Below, piece by piece: positions 38,047 to 48,477 of a DNA stretch of 49,223 bases. Position 1 is the stretch's first letter. Every line of letters starts with the position of its first letter. Both the position numbers and the translations under genes were made by a program. The notes beneath the pieces were generated by a model. The model was not told the origin of the DNA, ran no database searches, and worked only from the letters and a program-made list of their open reading frames with translations. Source of the stretch: Candidatus Limnocylindria bacterium (GTDB taxonomy: Bacteria; Chloroflexota; Limnocylindria; QHBO01); assembly GCA_051000335.1 (NCBI GenBank), contig JBPCOK010000107.1, positions 1 through 49,223 on the forward strand, read 5' to 3'.

Positions 38047-39260
38047 GCGCCCCGAAGGTCTATCGGCGCCCGATCTACAACGAGATCCTCGAGCGAGCGC
38101 ACGAGCCGCGACAGTTCATCCAGGTCCTGGCCGGCCCGCGGCAGGTGGGCAAGACGACCGTGGCGCGACAGGTCATGGACGCCATCGGCATCCCCGGTCA
38201 CTTCGCCTCGGCGGATGCCCCCGACCCCGAGGACATCGGCTGGATCTACACGCAGTGGGCCATCGGGCGCCAGCAGGCGGCCATGGGTGGCCGGGCCGGC
38301 GGGCTGCTCATCCTGGACGAGGTCCAGAAGGTGCGTGCCTGGTCCGACGTCGTCAAGGAGCTCTGGGACGAGGACAGCGCGGCCGGGACGCCGCTGCGCG
38401 TGATGCTGCTCGGATCGGCCCCGCTGCTCGTGCGGCAGGGGCTCTCCGACAGTCTGGCCGGGCGCTTCGAGGTGATCCGCGTCACGCACTGGACCCTTGC
38501 CGAGATGCGCGATGCCTTCGGCTGGGACCTCGACACTTACCTTTTCTACGGTGGGTACCCTGGCGCCGCGCCGCTGATCAAGCGGCACGAGCGATGGGAG
38601 GAGTACATCCTCGACTCGATCGTCGAGACGAACCTGTCGCGCGACATCCTCATGCTCAACCGGGTCGAGAAGCCGGCACTGCTCCGGCAGCTATTCCGGC
38701 TGGCCTGCTCCTACTCGGGCCAGGTCCTCAGCTACACGAAGATGCTCGGCACGCTGACCGATGCGGGCAACACCGTGACGCTGTCCCACTACCTCGAGCT
38801 GCTCGGCGGCGCCGGCATGGTCACCGGCATCGGCAAGTACTCGGGGTCGGCGGTCCGGCGCCGCGCTTCGTCGCCGAAGCTCCTCGCCCTCAACACGGCG
38901 CTCGTCAACGCCACGGCGCGCACCACCTTCGCGCGAGCGAGGGCCGATCATGAGGCCTGGGGCCGGCTGGTCGAGACGGCGGTCGGGGCTCACCTCTGGG
39001 CGCACGCGGACCCCGACGAGCTCGGCTATTGGCGCGAGGGCAACGCGGAGGTCGACTGGGTGATCCGTCCCGGCAAGCTGCTGCGCGGTCGCGATGCCCC
39101 GCTGGCCATCGAGGTGAGGACCGGCCATCCGCGCGGAACGCCCGGCACGGTGGCCTTCACCCATTCGCACCGGGGCTCGCGATCACTGATCGTCGGCGCC
39201 GGAGGCATCGACCTCGAGGCCTTCCTGTCCAGCCACCCGCGCGAGTGGCTGGACGCCTAG
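38040..39260 (+). CDS. AAA-type ATPase with a DUF4143-like C-terminal domain
   Basis: It has Walker A (AGPRQVGKTT) and Walker B-like (LLILDEVQ) motifs. The architecture and length are typical of the AAA_14 plus DUF4143 family. Confidence 0.75.
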   Translation: MSRAPKVYRRPIYNEILERAHEPRQFIQVLAGPRQVGKTTVARQVMDAIGIPGHFASADAPDPEDIGWIYTQWAIGRQQAAMGGRAGGLLILDEVQKVRAWSDVVKELWDEDSAAGTPLRVMLLGSAPLLVRQGLSDSLAGRFEVIRVTHWTLAEMRDAFGWDLDTYLFYGGYPGAAPLIKRHERWEEYILDSIVETNLSRDILMLNRVEKPALLRQLFRLACSYSGQVLSYTKMLGTLTDAGNTVTLSHYLELLGGAGMVTGIGKYSGSAVRRRASSPKLLALNTALVNATARTTFARARADHEAWGRLVETAVGAHLWAHADPDELGYWREGNAEVDWVIRPGKLLRGRDAPLAIEVRTGHPRGTPGTVAFTHSHRGSRSLIVGAGGIDLEAFLSSHPREWLDA

Positions 39261-39314
39261 CGATGTCGACCGACAGCGCCTCGCCGACGCGGCGCGCGCC
39301 GAGCTCGTCGCTCG

Positions 39315-40160
39315 ATGGGGCGACCGTGGGGTACGCTGATCCCGATGGACGCCGCCGACCCGACCGGACGCCGTAATCGGTTCCGCCAGCTCCACGAACG
39401 GGGCATGTTCGTCATGCCCAACCCGTGGGACATCGGCTCGGCACGACTCCTGGCCTCGATGGGCTTTCCTGCCCTGGCCACCACGAGCCTCGGGCATGCC
39501 GCGTCGCTCGGCAAGGTGGACCAGTCGGTCACGCGCGACGAGCTGCTGTCCCACGTCGCGACGATCGTGGCGGCCGTCGATCTTCCGCTCAACGTCGATG
39601 CCGAGCGCTGCTTCGCCGACGACCCCTCCGGCGTCGCCGAGACCGTGTCGCTCGTCGCCGAGGCCGGTGCGGCCGGCTGCTCGATCGAGGACTACGACCC
39701 GGCGATGGGGCGGATCGACTCCATCGAGGTCGCAGCCGAACGCGTCGCCGCGGCGGCGGACGCCGCGCACCGACACGGCATGCTGCTCACGGGACGGGCC
39801 GAGAACGCCCTGTACGGGATCGATGACATCGACGACACGCTTTCCCGCCTCCGCGCCTACCGCGATGCCGGTGCCGACGTGGTCTATGCCCCGCGCCTGA
39901 CCGATCCGGACCAGATCCTGCGCGTGGTCCAGGAGACCGACGCGCCGGTGAACGTCCTGGCGATGCGCCACGGCCCCTCGATCCCGGAGCTGGCTGAGCT
40001 CGGCGTGCGACGGGTGTCGATCGGCGGCCCGCTGGCACGTGCCGCGTACGGCGCGCTGCGGCGCGCTGCCGAGGAGCTCCTCGGCCCCGGAACGTCGGCG
40101 TACCAGGACGTCGCCATGACCAGCGACGACCTGGTCCGCGCATTCGGCGGCAGATCCTAG
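39315..40160 (+). CDS. Isocitrate lyase / PEP mutase superfamily protein (2-methylisocitrate-lyase-like)
   Basis: FRQLHERGMFVMPNPWDIGSARLLASMGFPALATTS and the DAE..GAAGCSIEDY pattern are present. The start is 39315 or ATG 39345. Confidence 0.8.
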   Translation: MGRPWGTLIPMDAADPTGRRNRFRQLHERGMFVMPNPWDIGSARLLASMGFPALATTSLGHAASLGKVDQSVTRDELLSHVATIVAAVDLPLNVDAERCFADDPSGVAETVSLVAEAGAAGCSIEDYDPAMGRIDSIEVAAERVAAAADAAHRHGMLLTGRAENALYGIDDIDDTLSRLRAYRDAGADVVYAPRLTDPDQILRVVQETDAPVNVLAMRHGPSIPELAELGVRRVSIGGPLARAAYGALRRAAEELLGPGTSAYQDVAMTSDDLVRAFGGRS

Positions 40161-40220
40161 TCGATCGGCCAGCCGTGTCGCTAGACTCAGCGGACAGTCA
40201 TCATCGCCGACGGAGCGGCA

Positions 40221-41951
40221 TTGAGCGAGCGCCAGCAACCATCCGACGATCACGAGAAGCCGCCGCCCCGCGACCGCGGGCGGACCGTCCATGGCGAGCC
40301 GGCAAACGCGGGTCACCGCGTTCTCGCCCCCGATGACGCCGAGGTCGAGGCGTATCTCGAGCAGGCGCTCAACGCGCCACCGGGCCTCCGCGTCGAGACC
40401 GAGGCGCCCGAGCCCCCCGAGACCGTTGCGGTGCTCGACTTCGGAAGCCAGTTCGCCCAACTGATCGCGCGGCGGGTGCGCGAGCTGAACGTGTACTCCG
40501 AGCTCCTGCCGCACGACACGCCGATGGCCGAGCTCGAGCGGCGCGGCGTGAAGGCCGTGATCCTTTCCGGCGGGCCGTCCTCGGTGTATGACGCCGATGC
40601 GCCGCGCGCCGACCCCGCGCTGTGGTCCGGCCGGATCCCGGTGCTCGGCATCTGCTACGGCCTCCAGCTCATGGCTCATGAGCTCGGCGGCGAGGTCGTT
40701 CCTTCCACCAAGCGCGAGTATGGGCCGGCGACCGTGAGCGTGACCGATTCCGCGGGCCTGTTCGCCGGGATCGAGCGCGAGCAGCCGGTCTGGATGAGCC
40801 ACGGCGACTCCATCCTTCGCCCTCCGGAGGGCTTCGCCTCCACGGCGCAGACTGACTCGACCCCGTACGCGGGCCTCGCCGATGCGGGTCGCAACCTCTA
40901 CGGCATCCAGTTCCATCCCGAGGTGGTCCATACGCCCATTGGCCGCGGCGTGCTGCGCAACTTCGTGGTCGGGATCGCCGGGGTGCGTGACAACTGGACC
41001 GCCGCGAACCTCGTCGACACGACGGTCGCGGAGATCCGCGAGCGGGTGGGCGATGGCCACGTCATCTGCGCCCTGTCAGGCGGCGTGGACTCGGCCGTGG
41101 CGGCGACGCTCGTGCATCGGGCCATCGGCGACCAGCTGACGTGCATCTACGTCGACCATGGGCTCATGCGCAAGCGGGAGTCCGAGCTGCTGCGGGTCAC
41201 GTTCGAGCGCGACCTCGGCATGCAGCTCGTGATGGTGGACGCGCGCGAACGCTTCCTGGCGCGACTCGCGGGCGTGGAGGACCCGGAGGAGAAGCGCCGG
41301 ATCATCGGCGACGAGTTCATCCGCGTCTTCGAGGAGGAGGCCGCGAAGCTCGGCCAGATCGACTTCCTGACCCAGGGCACGCTCTATCCCGATGTCATCG
41401 AGTCGAAGACGTCGGAGACGAAGACCTCGCAGAAGATCAAGACTCACCATAACGTCGGGGGGCTGCCGTCCGACCTGCGCTTCAAGCTCATCGAGCCGCT
41501 GCGCTACCTGTTCAAGGACGAGGTACGGCGGGTGGGGCTCGAGCTCGGGCTGCCGGATGCGATGGTCCAGCGCCAGCCGTTCCCCGGACCGGGCCTGGCG
41601 ATCCGGATCATCGGCGAGGCCACGGCCGAGCGGCTCGACACCCTGCGCGAGGCCGACTGGATCGTGATCGACGAGATCAAGGGCGCGGGGCTGTATCGGT
41701 CGCTCTGGCAGTCGTTCGCGATCCTCACGCCGGTCCGCTCAGTCGGAGTCATGGGGGACGGTCGGACCTATGCCAACGTCGTCGCCATCCGCGCGGTCAC
41801 CTCGGATGACGGCATGACCGCGGATTGGGCGCGGTTGCCGTACGACGTGCTCGCGAAGATCAGCAGCCGGATCGTGAACGAGGTCTCCGGCGTGAACCGC
41901 GTGGTCTACGACATCAGCTCGAAGCCTCCCGCCACCATCGAGTGGGAGTGA
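40221..41951 (+). CDS. guaA: GMP synthase (glutamine-hydrolysing)
   Basis: [33 protein letters not shown], the ATP-PPase loop SGGVDSAV and the C-terminus KPPATIEWE are present. The start is TTG 40221, giving a roughly 70-aa N-terminal extension; the only other in-frame start is GTG 40431. Confidence 0.92.
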   Translation: MSERQQPSDDHEKPPPRDRGRTVHGEPANAGHRVLAPDDAEVEAYLEQALNAPPGLRVETEAPEPPETVAVLDFGSQFAQLIARRVRELNVYSELLPHDTPMAELERRGVKAVILSGGPSSVYDADAPRADPALWSGRIPVLGICYGLQLMAHELGGEVVPSTKREYGPATVSVTDSAGLFAGIEREQPVWMSHGDSILRPPEGFASTAQTDSTPYAGLADAGRNLYGIQFHPEVVHTPIGRGVLRNFVVGIAGVRDNWTAANLVDTTVAEIRERVGDGHVICALSGGVDSAVAATLVHRAIGDQLTCIYVDHGLMRKRESELLRVTFERDLGMQLVMVDARERFLARLAGVEDPEEKRRIIGDEFIRVFEEEAAKLGQIDFLTQGTLYPDVIESKTSETKTSQKIKTHHNVGGLPSDLRFKLIEPLRYLFKDEVRRVGLELGLPDAMVQRQPFPGPGLAIRIIGEATAERLDTLREADWIVIDEIKGAGLYRSLWQSFAILTPVRSVGVMGDGRTYANVVAIRAVTSDDGMTADWARLPYDVLAKISSRIVNEVSGVNRVVYDISSKPPATIEWE

Positions 41952-42231
41952 GCCGATGCGGAGAGCGCCGGTCGGCCTGATCGCGATCGTCGCCATGGTC
42001 GAGTGTGGCATCGGGCTCGGCGTCGGGCAGCCCTGATGTGCCCGATTGCGGCCAGCGCAAGCAACTACGAGGTTGGGCGGGATCGCGGCGGTTAGATGCG
42101 GGAGACCGCAATTCACGGTCAAGGATCAAGCCCCGAAGCCCCGTTCCTCGTAGTTAGTTGCGCCTGCCGCAAACGGCACGTTCCGCGACGCCTCAGCGTG
42201 CCGAATCCGGTCCAGAGCAGGACCGGGTAGC

Positions 42232-45204
42232 ATGGGTCGCTACATGTCATCTTGGTTCGACAAGCTCCTCGAGGAGCTGCAACGCCGCCAGGAAGAGGCC
42301 GACGCGCGCAGCGAGGGGCGACCCTTCGAGCGCCGCAGCCGCGACGCGCGCTCGGAGCGCAATGTCACGCCGATCGACGAGGAGCGCAAGCAGCGCCGAT
42401 CGGGACCGACGAACGGCGGCGGCAACGGCCCGACCTTTCCGCCCGTAGCCGGCGCGGATCTGCCGTGGCGCCGCTGGGTGTTCATCGGCGGCGGTCTCAT
42501 CGCCCTGCTGTTCGTGCTCGGTCTGCTGGGCGGTGTCGTCAACCTGATCACCGACATCATGTGGTACGGAGCGCTCGACCGGCGCGACGTGCTGTTCACC
42601 CGGTTCTGGGCGCAGCTCGGGCTGTTCGGGATCGGATTCGTGGCCATGCTCATCCCGGTGCTGCTCAGCGTCTGGCTGGCCGGGCGCATCGCGCCCCAGG
42701 CCCCGGTGCGCCAGCTGGGCGGGATCGAGCTGCCGGATGCGTCGCGCCTCATCGGTATCGGGTTGGTGGTGATCGCGGTCCTGCTGGCCCTCGGCTCGGG
42801 CGCCGCGTGGAGCGGCAGCTGGGAGACCGTCCTGCTGTTCTTCAACGGCGGCGACTGGGGCGCGACCGATCCGACGCTGGGACGCGACATCGGCTTCTAC
42901 ATCTTCGACCTGCCGTTCTGGCGCTTCATCCTGGGATGGGCCTCGACCACGCTCATCGTCATCGGCCTGTTGACCCTGGGGACGTATGCCGCGCGGGCCC
43001 TGCGCTGGCAGTTCCACCTGACGGCGCCGGTGCGGGCGCACCTGTCGGTCATCGGCGCGCTGCTGCTCGTCGTCATCGCCGCGGGGTACCAGCTCGACAT
43101 CTCCGAGCTCGCGTACTCGACGCGCGGCATCGGCGGCGCGGTCCAGGCAGCAACCTTCACCGACATGAACGCCCAGTACCCCGCCTACGTGATCCTGACC
43201 GTTGTCGCGCTCGTCTCGGCGGGGCTGCTGCTGGCGAACACGTTCTTCCGCACCCTCTGGCTGCTCGGGCTGGCCGCCGGCGCGTGGTTCGTGCTCTCGA
43301 TCCTCGTGGGAAGCCTCTATCCAGGCTTCGTACAGCGCGTCCAGGTCGAGCCCAACGAGCTGACCGTCGAGCGACCGTTCCTGCGCAACCACCTCGAGGC
43401 CACCCGCGCCGCGTTCGATCTCGATGTCGAGACCCGGACCTTCACCGGTGAGCAGGAGCTGACCCGCGAGGTCTTCGAGCAGGACGAGGCCACGGTCAAC
43501 AACCTGCGCCTGTGGGACTACCGCCCATTGCTCACGACGTTCGGGCAGCAGCAGATCCTGCGGCAGTACTACACGTTCCGCGATGTCGACATCGACCGCT
43601 ACCAGATCAACGACGAGCAGCGTCAGATCATGCTCAGCGCACGAGAGCTCGACATCGATCGGCTGGCCGACCAGGCGCGGACGTGGACGAACGAGAAGCT
43701 CGTCTTCACCCACGGCTACGGCATCACGGCCGTTCCCGTCGACGCCGTCACGCCGCAGGGCCAGCCCGATTACCTGGTCAGCGGCATCAACCAGGATCCC
43801 CAGCTGCCGGTGACGCAGCCTCGCATCTACTTCGGCGAGGAGACCGACACGTACGTCGTCACCGGGACGACCACCGACGAGTTCGACTTCCCGCTCGATG
43901 ACCGCGAGGCGGGTGCCGTCACGACCTGGGACGGGACCTCGGGCGTCGGGATCGGCAACCCGCTGACCCGGGCGCTCTTCGCCCTGCGCTTCAGCGACCT
44001 CAACCTGCTGATCAGCAACCAGCTGACCGACAACTCGCAGGTCCTGTTCAAGCGCGACATTCGCGAGCGGGTGCCCGAGCTTGCCCCATTCCTGGCCTAC
44101 GACGCCGATCCGTACCTCGTCAGCGCCGATGACCGCCTGGTCTGGATCTGGGACGCGTACACCGTCAGCAATCGGTACCCGAACGCGCAGCCGCTCGGGA
44201 CCGGCCCGTTCACCGGCGCCAACTACGTGCGCAACAGCGTCAAGGTCGTGGTGGATGCCTACGACGGCAGCGTGGACTTCTACATCGCCGATGCCGAGGA
44301 CCCGATCATCGCGGCCTACGCGCGAATCTTCCCGACGCTCTTCCAGCCGATCGACGCGCTCTCCGACGAGCTGCGGGCCCACCTGCGCTATCCCGAGGAC
44401 CTGTTCACGGCCCAGAACCAGGCGTCGCTCGTCTACCACCTGCCCGCGACCGACACCGGAGCGGCGACCTTCTACAACCAGGAGGACCGGTGGGCGATCC
44501 CGGCGGACGTCTCGACCAGCGAGGCGGCGCCGATGGAGCCGTATTACGTCACGATGCGCATTCCCGGCGAGGACGAGCCGGAGTTCGTGCTGATCCAGCC
44601 GCTCGTCGCCGAGAGTCGGCCGAACATGATCGCCTGGTCCGCTGCCCGATCGGATCCGGGCTTCTACGGCGACCGCATCATCTTCCGCTTCCCCTCGGAC
44701 ACGACGACCCTCGGGCCGGCCCAGGTCGAGGCGCGCATCAACCAGAACGACACGATCAGCGAGCAGTTCACCCTGTGGTCGAACGCCGGATCGCGCGTGG
44801 TGCGTGGCAACCTGCTCGTGCTGCCGATCGGCGACGACGGGTTGATCTACATCGAGCCGATTTTCCTCCAGGCCGAGGGCGCTCCGTTCCCCGAGTTCGT
44901 CCGGGTGATCATGGTCGACCAGCGACGGGTCGCCTTCGCCGAGACGGTGGAGGAGGGCCTGCGCCAGCTCCTGGGCGAGGCCGAACCGCCGCCGCCCGAG
45001 GACCCCGGCCCGGTCGAGCCCTCGCCGTCGCCCGGGGAGTCGCCGGGGCCGTTGCCCGGCGACGTGGCCGGGCTCATCGCCGAGGCCCAGCGCCTGTACG
45101 ACGCCGCACAGTCGGCGCTCGACCGGGGCGATCTCGGCACCTACCAGCAGCGCATCGACGAGCTTGCCGAGGTGCTCGACGCCCTCGAGGCGTTGTCGGA
45201 GTAG
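42232..45204 (+). CDS. UPF0182-family large integral membrane protein
   Basis: It has an N-terminal multi-span region and then a large extracytoplasmic domain (NLRLWDYRPL, FTHGYGI). The protein is 990 aa, the typical size and pattern of UPF0182. Confidence 0.85.
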   Translation: MGRYMSSWFDKLLEELQRRQEEADARSEGRPFERRSRDARSERNVTPIDEERKQRRSGPTNGGGNGPTFPPVAGADLPWRRWVFIGGGLIALLFVLGLLGGVVNLITDIMWYGALDRRDVLFTRFWAQLGLFGIGFVAMLIPVLLSVWLAGRIAPQAPVRQLGGIELPDASRLIGIGLVVIAVLLALGSGAAWSGSWETVLLFFNGGDWGATDPTLGRDIGFYIFDLPFWRFILGWASTTLIVIGLLTLGTYAARALRWQFHLTAPVRAHLSVIGALLLVVIAAGYQLDISELAYSTRGIGGAVQAATFTDMNAQYPAYVILTVVALVSAGLLLANTFFRTLWLLGLAAGAWFVLSILVGSLYPGFVQRVQVEPNELTVERPFLRNHLEATRAAFDLDVETRTFTGEQELTREVFEQDEATVNNLRLWDYRPLLTTFGQQQILRQYYTFRDVDIDRYQINDEQRQIMLSARELDIDRLADQARTWTNEKLVFTHGYGITAVPVDAVTPQGQPDYLVSGINQDPQLPVTQPRIYFGEETDTYVVTGTTTDEFDFPLDDREAGAVTTWDGTSGVGIGNPLTRALFALRFSDLNLLISNQLTDNSQVLFKRDIRERVPELAPFLAYDADPYLVSADDRLVWIWDAYTVSNRYPNAQPLGTGPFTGANYVRNSVKVVVDAYDGSVDFYIADAEDPIIAAYARIFPTLFQPIDALSDELRAHLRYPEDLFTAQNQASLVYHLPATDTGAATFYNQEDRWAIPADVSTSEAAPMEPYYVTMRIPGEDEPEFVLIQPLVAESRPNMIAWSAARSDPGFYGDRIIFRFPSDTTTLGPAQVEARINQNDTISEQFTLWSNAGSRVVRGNLLVLPIGDDGLIYIEPIFLQAEGAPFPEFVRVIMVDQRRVAFAETVEEGLRQLLGEAEPPPPEDPGPVEPSPSPGESPGPLPGDVAGLIAEAQRLYDAAQSALDRGDLGTYQQRIDELAEVLDALEALSE

Positions 45205-45261
45205 CGATCCCGATCACCGATTCATCGGTGGTCTTCGGCCAGGGTCCGTAGACTCCGGGAC

Positions 45262-46539
45262 ATGGATGTCCTCGTCATCGGGTCGGGCGGACGCGAACAC
45301 GCTCTCGCATGGCGCCTGGCGCGCGACGAGGGCGTTCGATCGGTGCGGACCGCCCCGGGCAATGCGGGGACCATGGCGGTCGGGGAAAACGTCGACCTCG
45401 ACCCGACCGATGTGACGGCGGTTGCCCGCCACGTCGTGCGGGAGCGCTACGGGCTGGTGGTGATCGGCCCGGAGGGCCCGTTGGCCGCGGGGTTGGCCGA
45501 CGAGCTGGCTGCCGCGGGCATTCCGACGTTCGGACCCGGCCGCGCGGCCGCGCGCCTCGAGTCGAGCAAGGCATTCGCCAAGGAGCAGATGCGGCGCGCG
45601 GGCGTCCCGACCGCCACGGCTCGCGGCTTCACCGATCCCGATGCGGCACTCGCCCACGTGGCGGCCGCCGAGCGCCCGCCGGTCGTCAAGGCCGACTGGC
45701 TTGCGGCCGGCAAGGGGGTCGTGGTTCCCGAGACGACCGAGGAGGCGGCCGACGCCGTGCGCGCGCTGTTCGACAGCGTGGCCTCCGGGGCGCGGGTGCT
45801 TCTCGAGGAGCGGCTGACCGGTCCGGAGGCGAGCGCGTTCGCGCTCGTCGGCGACGAGACGGTCGTGCCGTTGGCCGTGGCGTGCGACTACAAGCGCCTG
45901 GGTGGCGGCGATACCGGACCGATCACCGGCGGGATGGGCGCCTATACCCCGGTCCCGTGGTTCGGATCGCGCGAGCTCGAGGGAATCGCCGCCGAGGTCT
46001 TCGAGCCGATCGCCTGGCGCATGGCACGCGACGGCTTTCCGTACCGGGGCGTGCTGTACGCGGGCCTCATGATCACCGACGACGGGCCGATGGTCATCGA
46101 ATTCAACGCACGGTTCGGCGACCCGGAGGCCCAGGTCCTGCTGCCGATGCTCGAGGGCGACCTGGCCGGCGCGCTGATGGGCTGCGCGACCGCCGATCGT
46201 GGACTGATGGAGGGTTCGGTTGGCTCCCGCTCCGGCGCTGCCGTCGGCGTCGTCGTGGCGTCGGAGGGCTACCCGGGGAACCCGGAGACGGGCCGACCGC
46301 TTGTCGGAGCCGAGCCATCATCGGCGTCGGACGACGGTGACGTGCTGTGCTTCCACGGCGGCGTGGCGCGCAGGCCCGACGGATCGTATGAGGCGCGCGG
46401 AGGACGCGTGTTGACCATGGTCGGACGAGGCTCGACGATTGCGGCAGCACGCGACGCGGCCTACCGCGGAGTGGCGGACGTCGAGCTCGAGGGCGGGCAG
46501 TTCCGCGCGGATGTTGCGGCGCGCGAGCTCAACGGCTGA
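45262..46539 (+). CDS. purD: Phosphoribosylamine--glycine ligase
   Basis: MDVLVIGSGGREHALAWRLA and the ATP-grasp core (VVKADWLAAGKGV, VIEFNARFGDPE) are present. Confidence 0.95.
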   Translation: MDVLVIGSGGREHALAWRLARDEGVRSVRTAPGNAGTMAVGENVDLDPTDVTAVARHVVRERYGLVVIGPEGPLAAGLADELAAAGIPTFGPGRAAARLESSKAFAKEQMRRAGVPTATARGFTDPDAALAHVAAAERPPVVKADWLAAGKGVVVPETTEEAADAVRALFDSVASGARVLLEERLTGPEASAFALVGDETVVPLAVACDYKRLGGGDTGPITGGMGAYTPVPWFGSRELEGIAAEVFEPIAWRMARDGFPYRGVLYAGLMITDDGPMVIEFNARFGDPEAQVLLPMLEGDLAGALMGCATADRGLMEGSVGSRSGAAVGVVVASEGYPGNPETGRPLVGAEPSSASDDGDVLCFHGGVARRPDGSYEARGGRVLTMVGRGSTIAAARDAAYRGVADVELEGGQFRADVAARELNG

Positions 46540-46557
46540 GCCCGCGCGCCATGCTGG

Positions 46558-47907
46558 TCAGCGTCGGGCGCTGCCCGGCACCATGAGGTCGACCCACACC
46601 AGTCGATGGTCGCTGCTCGGCACCGGGAAGCCGGTTCCGGTCAGGTACACGAGGTCGTTGCCTGGCTCCGGCCAGAAGACCGCGGCGTCGACGATCCGCA
46701 GGTTTCGACTCGGCAGCACGTAGTCCGCGCGCAGATTGCCGGGCCCACTGCACGGCGGGAACGCCGGCGTGTCGCAGAAGTCCGCGGTATCGAACGCCGG
46801 ATCGCTCCGATGCGAGTCGTTGAGGGCATCCTGGACCGCGGCCCACTCAGTGCCACCTATGCTCGATGGCGTCACCGTCGTGTTGATCCGTGGGTTGTCC
46901 AGCAGCTGCTGGATCGAGCCGGGGATGCTGTCGCCGTCGAGTGGGTCGGAGTTCTGATCCCCGGCGATCACGAACTTCGAGCCCGGCTTGAGCCCTCCGA
47001 AGGTGGCGGCATCGTCGTACAGATACGCGCCGGCGCCGGGCGTCACGTAGTCGGCCCAGAGCCGGATCTCGTCGGAGTTGCGCCGGCCGTTGCGGTCCTC
47101 GGCTCCGTCGAAGACCGGCGGAGTCGGATGGCTGACCAGGAAGTGGACCGTCGTGCCGCTCACATCGATCGGCACGTCCCAATGGCTCTTGCTCGAAAGC
47201 GGCAGGACGGCGAGCTCCTCGGGGCTGTACCAATCGCTCGGCGCGCCGGTGGTTGAATCGTCCGGCAGGAGCGCCCCCGGCATGTCAGCCCACTTGAAGT
47301 CCTTGAACGTGCGGGCGTCGTCGTAGGCGATCGGGTGCTGGCTGAAGACGGCCATGCCGAACTGGCCGGGGAACTGGCCGAAGCCGAGCGAGTCGTCGCC
47401 GTAGCCGTTCGCCAGCGGGGTCGTCACCACCGCGCCGTTGTTGTTGAGGTCGAATCCGGATGCGATCCCGGTGTTCGATGGCGCGACGAAGATGTACGGG
47501 TACTGGATCGGCGCCTGGCCGTTGTGGCTGACGCCCAGGTAGTTGGCCTGGAACGCCGCCGTCAACGCGTTGCCTGTCACCGGACCCTCCACGTAGTCGA
47601 ACTCGTTGACGAGCAAGACCTCGGGGCGGGTGCGCTGGATGATCTCGGCCACGGCCGCAGCCTGCGCGCGCCGACCGCGGAGGGCTGCGTCGGGCTCGGC
47701 GGGATCGAATGGGGCGGACAGGTCGCTCAACGCCTGCCCCGGCGCGTTGCGATTGAGCGACGCGTTGAACGTCGCGAAGCGGATCGGCTCCGGTGGGCCC
47801 TTGCCCTCGACGGTCGGCGCGACCAGCAGACTTGTCAGGCCCAGCACAGCCGCCAGCAGGAGCGCGGCGGTCCGACGGGTGGGGTGCATCGCGTGGGAGG
47901 TGGTCAT
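46558..47907 (-). CDS. Secreted endonuclease/exonuclease/phosphatase (EEP) family protein
   Basis: It has a signal-like N-terminus (RRTAALLLAAVLGLTSLLVAP). FATFNASLNR, LLVNEFD and the C-terminal SDHRLVWVDL are EEP motifs. The start is ambiguous (47934, 47907 or 47889). Confidence 0.8.
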   Translation of the reverse strand: MTTSHAMHPTRRTAALLLAAVLGLTSLLVAPTVEGKGPPEPIRFATFNASLNRNAPGQALSDLSAPFDPAEPDAALRGRRAQAAAVAEIIQRTRPEVLLVNEFDYVEGPVTGNALTAAFQANYLGVSHNGQAPIQYPYIFVAPSNTGIASGFDLNNNGAVVTTPLANGYGDDSLGFGQFPGQFGMAVFSQHPIAYDDARTFKDFKWADMPGALLPDDSTTGAPSDWYSPEELAVLPLSSKSHWDVPIDVSGTTVHFLVSHPTPPVFDGAEDRNGRRNSDEIRLWADYVTPGAGAYLYDDAATFGGLKPGSKFVIAGDQNSDPLDGDSIPGSIQQLLDNPRINTTVTPSSIGGTEWAAVQDALNDSHRSDPAFDTADFCDTPAFPPCSGPGNLRADYVLPSRNLRIVDAAVFWPEPGNDLVYLTGTGFPVPSSDHRLVWVDLMVPGSARR

Positions 47908-47984
47908 TGCAGCCTCGCTGTGGAGATGGCGCACATTGCACCATACCCGCGGCCACCCGCGCGACCGAGGCTATCCTTCCGCAC

Positions 47985-48470
47985 GTGCCATCCATCGCCG
48001 TCGTGTGCGGCTCCCGATCCGATCTCGCCACCCTGAAGGGGTGCTTCGACGTGCTCGATGACTACGCGATCACGTGGGAGGCCTCGGTCATCAGCGCCCA
48101 TCGCCAGGCCGATGCGCTCCACGCCTACGTCGCCGAGGCCGAAGCGGCCGGCGTCCGGCTCTTCATCGGGGCCGCGGGGCTTGCGGCTCACCTGCCCGGC
48201 GTGCTGGCCAGCCTGACGGCCAAACCGGTCATCGGCGTGCCGCTGGATGGTGGCTCCCTCGGTGGCGCCGACGCGCTGTACGCGGTGGTGCAGATGCCAC
48301 CCGGCGTCCCGGTGGCGACCGTGGCGATCGGGAGCGCCGGTGCCAAGAATGCGGCGCACTTGGCGGCACGAATCCTTGCCCTGGCCGATGGTCCGATCGC
48401 GGAGCGGGTGAATGCATTTCGCAGCGAGCAGGCCGCGAAGGCGGAGCTCCGGATCGATCCCCGCGCCTGA
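47985..48470 (+). CDS. purE: 5-(carboxyamino)imidazole ribonucleotide mutase
   Basis: IAVVCGSRSDL.., AHRQAD, AAGLAAHLPGVLAS and PVIGVP are present. The start is GTG 47985; the track ORF start at 47793 overlaps the divergent EEP gene. Confidence 0.92.
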   Translation: MPSIAVVCGSRSDLATLKGCFDVLDDYAITWEASVISAHRQADALHAYVAEAEAAGVRLFIGAAGLAAHLPGVLASLTAKPVIGVPLDGGSLGGADALYAVVQMPPGVPVATVAIGSAGAKNAAHLAARILALADGPIAERVNAFRSEQAAKAELRIDPRA

Positions 48471-48477
48471 CTGATCT

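Noticed and set aside
42247-44439. A 730-aa ORF antisense to the UPF0182 gene. Similar long ORFs lie at 35256..37121 (621 aa), 39183..41060 (625 aa), 25465..27417 (650 aa), 32698..34368 (556 aa) and 17317..19128 (603 aa).
   Set aside because: All are Arg/Gly/Asp/Pro/Ala-rich low-complexity translations. Each lies opposite to, or out of frame with, genes that carry clear family signatures. Stop-codon-poor shadow frames like these are expected in very GC-rich DNA.
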